This document shows, one piece after another, positions 16,312 through 23,697 of a stretch of DNA of 27,395 bases. Origin of the DNA: an uncultured virus (IMG/VR IMGVR_UViG_2871731064_000001) (taxonomy: Duplodnaviria > Heunggongvirae > Uroviricota > Caudoviricetes); IMG/VR virus record IMGVR_UViG_2871731064_000001; one strand, 5' to 3'. Position 1 is the first letter of the stretch. Each line of letters begins with the position of its first letter. The notes under the pieces are model-generated. The model worked only from the letters and a program-made list of their open reading frames with translations, was not told where the DNA came from and did no database searches. A program made the position numbers and the translations under genes.

Positions 16312-17403
16312 ATGATTAAAAACTGGGTAAAAGACCGGCTAACCAAAGAAAAGCAGGGCTCTGAGCTGTGGTCAGGGTTTGCTAATACTCTCCAGAGCAT
16401 TTTCGAGGATGCGGTAGAGCCGATACTGGAGCGTATTACCAACCGCAAAAGCTACTACACGATGAATAAGGACGATCTGACGCTGCGCATGAGCGAATAT
16501 GGACGCTTTTTCATCGTAGCAGAGACCACGGACACCAGTAGGCCCGTACTGCTGGCACAGCGCCTTGACGAAGTGCATTTTAAAGGCACCGATAAGCCGA
16601 TCACCTCTACGTTCTGGCGCGAGTTCGATAACCTGCCGGTCAGTTGGCAGGAGCTATATGCGCCGGTGGATCAGGAGTTGGCACCATATGGCACCTTCTT
16701 CACCACAAAAGAAGGCCTGGCGATTGCAGAAGCAAAATATGGCGAATTCTTCCTGACGTCACGGGCGCAAATCTCGGTGGCGCTGAATGAGCTATATACG
16801 CGGTATGGCTACATGGAGCAGGATGTTGCAGTTCAGAAGCTGCTAACCCAGTTTGACCGGATCATTGCGCCGCTGCTGCCGCTTCACATCGTGTTTGACG
16901 GCTTAGCGCTATTCATCTCGTTTGAGATGAGCGCAGACGCTGAAAACATCACGCTTATCAGCGCCGGTATCGACTATCAGGCCAAATTGTCTTACGTCGA
17001 TCTCCAGTCGGAGATCAAAAACCTGCACATGGCCACACAGCAGCAGTTCGATATTCCCGCCGTGCCGTTACGCCAGGTTAAGCGCTGCGAACGCTACGAT
17101 ATGTTTGCTGCAGATGCCTGGACCAATGACTACCTCGCAAGGCCTGATGGCGCGCCAGCGCCCATTGATATTGCCAGCGCTACCAGTGACAGCCGCGCCC
17201 GGTTATTCACGGACGGTGGCGTGCAGTATGTTGGCATTCAGAAGGGCAATAGCCAGGGCATCACAGCCACCAGCACGGACGGCAGTAGCGTGACAATGGC
17301 GTTTCCCTATGACGGCATGCCAGAGTTTGTTCTGGCTCTGCCCGACGACGGCAGCGGCAACAGCACGATCGCCACGCTTTTTTATGAGCAATTTGTCGCG
17401 TAG
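16312..17403 (+). CDS. 16: Baseplate wedge protein gp16 homologue with C-terminal extension
   Basis: PLLPLHIVFDG, QRLDEVHFKGT and FFLTSR motifs. Located between bplA and R. Confidence 0.82.
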   Translation: MIKNWVKDRLTKEKQGSELWSGFANTLQSIFEDAVEPILERITNRKSYYTMNKDDLTLRMSEYGRFFIVAETTDTSRPVLLAQRLDEVHFKGTDKPITSTFWREFDNLPVSWQELYAPVDQELAPYGTFFTTKEGLAIAEAKYGEFFLTSRAQISVALNELYTRYGYMEQDVAVQKLLTQFDRIIAPLLPLHIVFDGLALFISFEMSADAENITLISAGIDYQAKLSYVDLQSEIKNLHMATQQQFDIPAVPLRQVKRCERYDMFAADAWTNDYLARPDGAPAPIDIASATSDSRARLFTDGGVQYVGIQKGNSQGITATSTDGSSVTMAFPYDGMPEFVLALPDDGSGNSTIATLFYEQFVA

Positions 17404-17413
17404 TTGACCATCG

Positions 17414-17435
17414 GATTTTACGAACTCCATACCCT
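17414..17435 (+). promoter_or_regulatory. Putative late promoter of the tail-fibre operon (copy 3)
   Basis: GATTTTACGAAC-tcca-TACCCT, 31 nt before the R start. Same position as the P1 late promoter of the R-S-U operon. Confidence 0.65.
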
Positions 17436-17437
17436 CT

Positions 17438-17465
17438 GGCCTCTTAACTCTGAGAGGCTTTTTTT
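17438..17465 (+). terminator. Intrinsic terminator-like hairpin containing the R ribosome-binding site
   Basis: GGCCTCTTA-actc-TGAGAGGCT stem (two G-U pairs) plus T-run ending at 17465, immediately before ATG 17466. Confidence 0.6.
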
Positions 17466-17909
17466 ATGGCTGATACTATCTCTGTCAGCAGCAAGCTGTT
17501 TAAAGCGAAGCTGCTGGATTACTACTACATCCGTCGCGCTGAATCCTCCATCGGCAAGGGTTCCCGCTTCCAGATGGTGAAAGCCTACTGGGGCAAGTCC
17601 ACACTGGTCAGCAGTAACGCCGCTGGCGGCTGGAACATCGCGGATATTCCCTCCACGTTCAGCAATGACAACCTTACCGGTAAATTCACTGAAACGCCTC
17701 TGGTCCTCACCAGCACGGGCGCTGATATCTCGATCACCATTCAGCTGGATGAAGCCATTCTTCCGGAAGGCAAAGCCTATGATCTCAATACGCTGACGCT
17801 GGTGGACGCTGACGGCAATGCGTTTGCTGTGCTATGCCTGCAGCAGGACACCGTATTCCGTGGTAAGGCCTACCGTCTTATCGTCACCATCGAACAGAAA
17901 ACGGCGTAA
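17466..17909 (+). CDS. R: Tail fibre attachment protein gpR
   Basis: 147 aa, LLDYYY.RRAESSI.KGSRF motif as in P1 gpR. Precedes S. Confidence 0.88.
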   Translation: MADTISVSSKLFKAKLLDYYYIRRAESSIGKGSRFQMVKAYWGKSTLVSSNAAGGWNIADIPSTFSNDNLTGKFTETPLVLTSTGADISITIQLDEAILPEGKAYDLNTLTLVDADGNAFAVLCLQQDTVFRGKAYRLIVTIEQKTA

Positions 17910-17914
17910 CGCAC

Positions 17915-20900
17915 ATGAGCAGTAATGAAATTACCGATATCGGCGTTATGGCGGGGAAAGCATATGGCACCGCACCGCTGTCGGCGGATATGCAGTACCT
18001 GGAGACTTACACCAGTTCCGCTTTAAACCGCAAACTGAAGGGCATTGTGCGATCCGGCTTTTACCTGGGCTTTGCGCCGGTCGCCGGTTCCGGTATGAAT
18101 GTCGTCGTTACCTCAAAAGGGGCGGAAGGCGGGCAGGGCGCGGCCTCAATCGACGTAAACGCCCACCAGATCACCATACAGCACCTGGCCGATCTGACGT
18201 TGCCGGTCGTGGCGGGCAAAACTACCCGTATCGTGCTGGAAGCAAACTACAAGCTGGGCGTGAAGACAGATCAGGTAGATATCACTTCCACAGTTGAGGC
18301 CGCACGCGTCTTTGCGCAGGATATCTCAGTTGCGCTGACGCCGAACCAGCTGGAGCTCTGCCGCGTACTTGTGCCAACTGGCACCACGCAGGTTACGCAG
18401 GCAATGATCGTCACCAACTACCGTATCAACCGGCAGGTCGGTATCACGCTGGATTCGATTTACACCAGCGACGATGAGCTGATTGCGGCTAACCTCAAGG
18501 GGCTGAAAATCCTTAAAGGCATGATCGATAAAAACATGGTCATTGCCAATAACGGCTCGGATATTCACGACAAAGCGATGTTCCGTAAAAACATCGAGCT
18601 GGATCAGCTGGTCAACGAGAAACAGCTGGTTGCAAGTGAGAATCTGGCTGATCTGCCGGACGTGCCGGAGGCGCGGGAAAATCTCGGTCTCGGTACCGCC
18701 GCACAGGCAGACCAGCAGACAAACCCTCTGGATATGACGCCGGGTGCGCTGATGGCCGTGGGTGCGTTTGGTGTGGGCGCGCCGTCTCTGGTACTGGACA
18801 GCAAAATCACCTCACTGGCCGACGTATCAGTGACTGAGCAGAATGCCTTCTGGACACTGAGCGGCACCTTCAATGACGGTCCGGTTGATCTTGGCAAAAC
18901 TACGCAGACACTGCGTGGCCAGCTATTCAACATGCGCCGGAAATATGATGCCGACGCTGCACTCCTACAGCTGCTGGTGGCGCAAGGTGGCGTGATGTAT
19001 CTGCGTTTGGCAGGTAAAGTTTCAGGCGACTGGGCGTGGTCCGGGCTGTCAGCCGGTGCGGATAAAAACGGCTGGCGGAAGGTGATGGACAGCGCCAGCA
19101 TGACACTGGCGGACCTGGTTAATCTGGGCGCGGCAAAGGCAGGCGATAACAACGATATCACCAGCTTGAACAAGCTGACCGATATCAAAACGCCAAAGCT
19201 GACGGTCTCAAAAAATCTGGACGTCGGTTCTCAAATCAGCGCTGGATACCGTATTGGTGTGATCCGTTCTGAGCCGTCTGTACCGTCGATGACATTTTTG
19301 CGGACCGACCAGCTGGATGACAAACCTCCGGCATACGAAACAGACATCATGCAGATTGTGGGCCGTGTGGCGGCAGTAAGTGGTGATGCCTGGAGCGGCA
19401 GGATCCTCGGCGGCATTACCACTACCAATATGACGCACGGCGGCGGAAAAATAGTGATAGATGCGCGTGCGTCAACCGGCGTGGTTACTGCACGCCTCGC
19501 TCTTAATGGCGGAGACGGCTTAGCCACACTGCAGGGTGCTGGCGGACTGGCTATCACCGGTGGTGGAGGCCTGTCGTCGGATGGAGCCGGACTCTTTGCC
19601 GCTGACGCAATTACGCTGCAACTGAAGCCCAAAACTAAAGACAAAGCCTACTATCTGCGCGGCAAAAAGTCAGATGACACGCTGCACTGGTATTTTGGTC
19701 AGGCCAGAGACAGTAACGATGCCGTGACGTGGGGTAACTCAATCACGAGTACATGGCTCACCCTGTCAGGCGACGGTACGGGCGAAACTAACGTTTCAAC
19801 AATGAACCTCCTGAACAACGCGATTATCGGCGGCAACCTCACGGTAAACAGGGGAGCTGACTTTACCGGCCCGGTAAACGTGTTGGCGAAGGGCGCAACA
19901 GCGGTAGGCGATCTGACCAATGCCGCGCTGGTGGTAACGGGCAGTAACAGTGATGGCACTCAGGGGATCACAGTTAACAGCTTTGCACCTACCGTCTCAT
20001 TCATTGATCGTGACGCAGACGCAGCTGGCTTTCGCTTGAGAGGCGAGGGCAGTAGCCTGCGCCTCGATGTGGATAGCCGGAATAATGGTGTAACGTGGAA
20101 CCAGAATATCGCGCTTTTCAGCGACAAAGGCCACCTTGCACTTGGCGGTGGCAGTGACAGTACTGGACGCATGCTGACGCTTGGAAACACAGCACCTGGC
20201 AAAGGCAATCTGACAGGAGCGACGCAGATTGCTGCAATGGCTTACACCAATATTGGTGCAGACGCGACAACTCGCGGTATTGGTTTTGGTGTGGAAATGT
20301 CAGTAGGTGACGGAAGCACTGGTCAAAACGTGCCGGAAGTTGTTGAGTTCTGGAGTAACAGCACTGTTGTTAATGCTAACGCGACTGTAGGGCTAATGTC
20401 GTCGTTCCGTGTTTTTGACAAAGCCAATCTCAGCATTAAATCAGCCTTTGCGTTTGAAGGGATGATGACGCAACGCGCAGGATTAAATCGGTGGAACCTG
20501 TATATGCAGGGAACGGCACCAAACTATCTGCGCGGTCAGACAATTATAGGCGGTGTGGATACTGCCACTCCAGCCAGTTATATCGCGTTGTCGGTAAAAG
20601 GCGGACTGGAAGTTAGCGATATATTAAGGGCTTCTAATGCTGCGGAGTTCAGAGGCCAGGTCAGCCTTATTTCAGCAAACCCTTATATCGACTTTAATTC
20701 ATCAACTGCGAAGGTGAATGACTACGACGCCCGTATTCTGGTCGATGCAACTGATGCGGCTGTTACGGGGCAGGCAACCATGAATATCGTTGCCGGTCGT
20801 CTTAATATCAGTGCAGCGTCGCATTTGACGGGGACGCTTACAGTTGATCAAGATGCACATTTTAATAATGGCGCTTATGTAACGGGGCCATTTTGGGCAT

Positions 20901-21628
20901 CAAACCATATAAATATTGGTAGCGTTGGAACGGCAGCTTTTGCTGGCTCTGCAGCTTCGATCAACATTGGGGATTCGGACACCGGTTTAGTTTGCCCGTC
21001 GGATGGCGTTCTTGATTTCTATTCCAATAACGTTATAACGGCCCGGCTTACCGCGAACAAACTTTATGTATATGGAAAAATAGTTACAGAAGATCCGGAC
21101 TTCCGCATACGTCCGACTGGTGGCAAAGGCGTCGGAATGCTGCACCGGTTTGATGGCTCAAGCTATTACATGCTGGTCACAAACCAGAATGATCCGGATG
21201 GGGCGTTTAATACTCTAAGGCCGTTCAGCTTTAATAGCACGAATGGCGACGTCCTTATGAGCCACAATGTCAACGTAGGTGGCAACTTTTCAGCAAATGG
21301 AACTATCAATGCTGGTGGTAATCTTTTTGCCGGTAATGTGGTGTATTCGGGTAATGGTCAGTCGGTCATGCATGCGGATGGAAATATCTATGGTCCGGTC
21401 TGGGGCGGATTTATCAATAACTACATGGCAGCACGATTTGTTACTGCCGTCAGATTTGCTGGTTTCAAACAAGCATCAACCTGGAACGGCCCCGGTATGT
21501 CTGAAGAGAGCGGCTACGTTATAACGTCTGCCAGGAACGACAACCAGGATCAATATATCGACATCGTGACTGCGCGGTGCGTTCAGTATTGTATTAACGG
21601 TGGCTGGTATACAGCAGGCTTTGCGTAA
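17915..21628 (+). CDS. S: Long tail fibre protein gpS (1237 aa, mosaic)
   Basis: P1 Sc-like N-terminus (AD.QY.E.Y.S.ALNRK.KGIV..GFY.GF), ARENLGLG and GAAK.G.N.DITSL fibre repeats, IGDSDTG gp37-type repeat, DGNIYG.VWGG…QY.ING.WYT C-terminus. Confidence 0.92.
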   Translation: MSSNEITDIGVMAGKAYGTAPLSADMQYLETYTSSALNRKLKGIVRSGFYLGFAPVAGSGMNVVVTSKGAEGGQGAASIDVNAHQITIQHLADLTLPVVAGKTTRIVLEANYKLGVKTDQVDITSTVEAARVFAQDISVALTPNQLELCRVLVPTGTTQVTQAMIVTNYRINRQVGITLDSIYTSDDELIAANLKGLKILKGMIDKNMVIANNGSDIHDKAMFRKNIELDQLVNEKQLVASENLADLPDVPEARENLGLGTAAQADQQTNPLDMTPGALMAVGAFGVGAPSLVLDSKITSLADVSVTEQNAFWTLSGTFNDGPVDLGKTTQTLRGQLFNMRRKYDADAALLQLLVAQGGVMYLRLAGKVSGDWAWSGLSAGADKNGWRKVMDSASMTLADLVNLGAAKAGDNNDITSLNKLTDIKTPKLTVSKNLDVGSQISAGYRIGVIRSEPSVPSMTFLRTDQLDDKPPAYETDIMQIVGRVAAVSGDAWSGRILGGITTTNMTHGGGKIVIDARASTGVVTARLALNGGDGLATLQGAGGLAITGGGGLSSDGAGLFAADAITLQLKPKTKDKAYYLRGKKSDDTLHWYFGQARDSNDAVTWGNSITSTWLTLSGDGTGETNVSTMNLLNNAIIGGNLTVNRGADFTGPVNVLAKGATAVGDLTNAALVVTGSNSDGTQGITVNSFAPTVSFIDRDADAAGFRLRGEGSSLRLDVDSRNNGVTWNQNIALFSDKGHLALGGGSDSTGRMLTLGNTAPGKGNLTGATQIAAMAYTNIGADATTRGIGFGVEMSVGDGSTGQNVPEVVEFWSNSTVVNANATVGLMSSFRVFDKANLSIKSAFAFEGMMTQRAGLNRWNLYMQGTAPNYLRGQTIIGGVDTATPASYIALSVKGGLEVSDILRASNAAEFRGQVSLISANPYIDFNSSTAKVNDYDARILVDATDAAVTGQATMNIVAGRLNISAASHLTGTLTVDQDAHFNNGAYVTGPFWASNHINIGSVGTAAFAGSAASINIGDSDTGLVCPSDGVLDFYSNNVITARLTANKLYVYGKIVTEDPDFRIRPTGGKGVGMLHRFDGSSYYMLVTNQNDPDGAFNTLRPFSFNSTNGDVLMSHNVNVGGNFSANGTINAGGNLFAGNVVYSGNGQSVMHADGNIYGPVWGGFINNYMAARFVTAVRFAGFKQASTWNGPGMSEESGYVITSARNDNQDQYIDIVTARCVQYCINGGWYTAGFA

Positions 21629-21630
21629 GG

Positions 21631-22221
21631 ATGAACATGTTAAATTTTGGACCATTTAAAAAATACACACCGGATGTGCCGGTCATTACTGAATCTTCCA
21701 CTGACGAAGAAAAAGTAGAGGTCGCCAGACTACAGTCGCTCAATGACATGAATATTATTTTCGTCCGTTGCAAAAGCGGTCAGGACTGGTATGAATCGCA
21801 AAAACTGTATTCACCAGACACAATGAAAATTGTGTACGACGAAGCAGGTCGGGTAGTCAGCTTTGACACGGACGCTTCAAAACTGTGGCCGATCAACTGC
21901 TGGGTGGCAGAGGTAGACGCTTCCGGTATTCCAGAAGGCATGGATAGATTAGGCGGGTGGGTTTACCGTAATGGCAAAGTGGAGGCTTATAAACACTCTG
22001 CCGCAGAGCTGCAGGAAATGGCTGAGCGCACCAGAAGTTTACTGCTGGCAAAAGCGCGGGCCTTTATCAGTGACTGGCAGGCGGAGCTGGCGCTTGGCAT
22101 CCTTCCTGATAATGACAAGGTGCAGCTGGTGGAGTGGATGGCCTACATCCGGCAGCTGAAAGAGACCGATATCGGCAACGTGCCGGAATCTGCCTGGCCT
22201 TCACCACCAGCAGCAATCTGA
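21631..22221 (+). CDS. U: Tail fibre assembly chaperone (gpU/Tfa family)
   Basis: G.DWYE.QK, S.LWP....VAEV, W.Y.NGK, W..YI..L…WP..P Tfa motifs. Follows S. Confidence 0.88.
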   Translation: MNMLNFGPFKKYTPDVPVITESSTDEEKVEVARLQSLNDMNIIFVRCKSGQDWYESQKLYSPDTMKIVYDEAGRVVSFDTDASKLWPINCWVAEVDASGIPEGMDRLGGWVYRNGKVEAYKHSAAELQEMAERTRSLLLAKARAFISDWQAELALGILPDNDKVQLVEWMAYIRQLKETDIGNVPESAWPSPPAAI

Positions 22222-22228
22222 TCCCCTC

Positions 22229-22259
22229 AAAACAGCGCCTCCGGGCGCTGTTTTTCTTT
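22229..22259 (+). terminator. Intrinsic terminator of the tail-fibre operon
   Basis: AAAACAGCGCC-tccg-GGCGCTGTTTTT-CTTT. Confidence 0.85.
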
Positions 22260-22266
22260 ACCTCTC

Positions 22267-22288
22267 TAAATTACAGACTCCGTACCCT
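22267..22288 (+). promoter_or_regulatory. Putative late promoter of the lydA-darA operon (copy 4)
   Basis: TAAATTACAGAC-tccg-TACCCT directly after the terminator, 36 nt before the lydA GTG. Confidence 0.7.
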
Positions 22289-22323
22289 CACGCCACCTGA
22301 TTACCAGGTGCTAAGGGGGGTAT

Positions 22324-22641
22324 GTGACCGATGTAGAAAAAATGCTCGCGGTTTCGCTTCTACTGTCTTTGCTAAGCGGCACAGGCGTATTCCTGCTGGG
22401 AGTACGCGAATACCGGATCAAACCAAATGTATTCAATTTCACCACCGAGCTGGTGCTGGCGCTGATTACCGGACTGACGGCTTATTTTTTTGCGCGACAG
22501 CAAGGACTGGACGAAATCGTGATTTACCTCGCCGTGTTAGTTGCAAGCAACAACTGGCGTGAACTCTCAACTGTATTTAAAGAACGACTCATTGCGGCAA
22601 TAAACGGCGTATTTGGGTCAAAAGGAGGCTCCGGCCAATGA
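22324..22641 (+). CDS. lydA: Holin LydA
   Basis: 105 aa with three hydrophobic segments. First gene of the darA operon as in P1. Confidence 0.8.
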   Translation: MTDVEKMLAVSLLLSLLSGTGVFLLGVREYRIKPNVFNFTTELVLALITGLTAYFFARQQGLDEIVIYLAVLVASNNWRELSTVFKERLIAAINGVFGSKGGSGQ

Positions 22642-23093
22642 TTGATTACCAGAATCTGTTTATTACAGCGATGGCGGCGGCGATGGTATTTGATCGCTGC
22701 GCAATTGCCCGTAAAAAAGTGGCATTACTGAGTTGCGGTGTAGCGGTGGTGCGTGACAACGCGCTGGCGTTCCCGGTCCGCTTTAACATTGCGTGCGCGG
22801 GCAAACTGGCGGGGGCAAAAATTGAGTACTGGCTGCGCGACAGTAACGATCCGACAGTGGTTATCTCCGGCAAGCAGCGCACACTCGACCTCTCACCCAA
22901 AGGCGTGAGTGAGGAATTTCTGCTGATCGACACGCGCTATCTGGAGCCGGGTGAATGGTATCTGACGGTGCGCGTCACCCACGGCAACAGCCGCCTGAAC
23001 CCGCTTTACCGAATCTTCCCACTGCAGGATACCGTCACCAGAACTTATCAGCTTAGCAAGTCAGAGCAGGGAGAATATCGTGTCGAATCCTAA
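22638..23093 (+). CDS. lydB: Antiholin LydB
   Basis: 151 aa with GAK.EYW..D…VI.G..R.LD and NPLYRIFP motifs. ATGA overlap with lydA. Confidence 0.8.
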   Translation: MIDYQNLFITAMAAAMVFDRCAIARKKVALLSCGVAVVRDNALAFPVRFNIACAGKLAGAKIEYWLRDSNDPTVVISGKQRTLDLSPKGVSEEFLLIDTRYLEPGEWYLTVRVTHGNSRLNPLYRIFPLQDTVTRTYQLSKSEQGEYRVES

Positions 23094-23697
23094 GACTTAC
23101 GTCCTGCTGAGCTTTGATGAACTCAACGAGAAGGGACTGGCGAAGCTGAAAAAGGCGATCGCTACCAGCGGCTTTGAGATAGCCAAAATCACCGCCGCCG
23201 GCGCAGCCCGGAAAAAGGATGGTGTACTCACTAAAACCTTCAGCCTTACCGGCATGGACGAGCAGGTTATGACCGTGCAGGTCAACGACAGCGGCGACAT
23301 TTCCGGCCTGAAACTGAACGGCAAAAACGTGCCGTTTACCCACGTCACAACAATCCCCGATCTGGGACGCCAGCTGGCCGCGCTGTTTAAGAAAGGCTCA
23401 ACGGCATTTCAGAAGGCGCTGGCGCGCAAGATGGCACGCGTCGCCGCCAGTAAGGACGATTCGCCGCAGCCAAAGCGCGGCGTGAAATCGTCGGTACAGC
23501 TGCTGGCCGAAGTGCGCCAGCAGCGTGACGCGTACAAAGCGGGAATCGCAGATACCCAGGCGAAAGCTGACCAGCTGACACGGGATGCCGACGTGGCACA
23601 GAAAAAAGCGGACAGCTTACAGACCGAGCTTAATCAGGAGCAGGCGATCACCCGCCAGCTGAAAGAGCAGATCGCCCAACTGGAAGAGGCAGCATGA
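23080..23697 (+). CDS. hdf: Hdf (homologue of DarA N-terminal fragment), capsid-associated antirestriction component
   Basis: FD..NEKGL..L.KAI, RKKDGV.TKT, VND.GDI…LNGK motifs with a C-terminal coiled coil. Confidence 0.85.
   Translation: MSNPKTYVLLSFDELNEKGLAKLKKAIATSGFEIAKITAAGAARKKDGVLTKTFSLTGMDEQVMTVQVNDSGDISGLKLNGKNVPFTHVTTIPDLGRQLAALFKKGSTAFQKALARKMARVAASKDDSPQPKRGVKSSVQLLAEVRQQRDAYKAGIADTQAKADQLTRDADVAQKKADSLQTELNQEQAITRQLKEQIAQLEEAA

Noticed and set aside
18671..18696. Resemblance of AAAATCTCGGTCT to a gix/cix/hix invertase crossover core
   Set aside because: It simply encodes the common ENLGL fibre peptide. The outer arms do not match, and there is no second inverted copy or invertase in the window.
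22134..22562. 142-aa + strand ORF spanning the U end and lydA
   Set aside because: It crosses a terminator and promoter and overlaps two well-supported genes out of frame.
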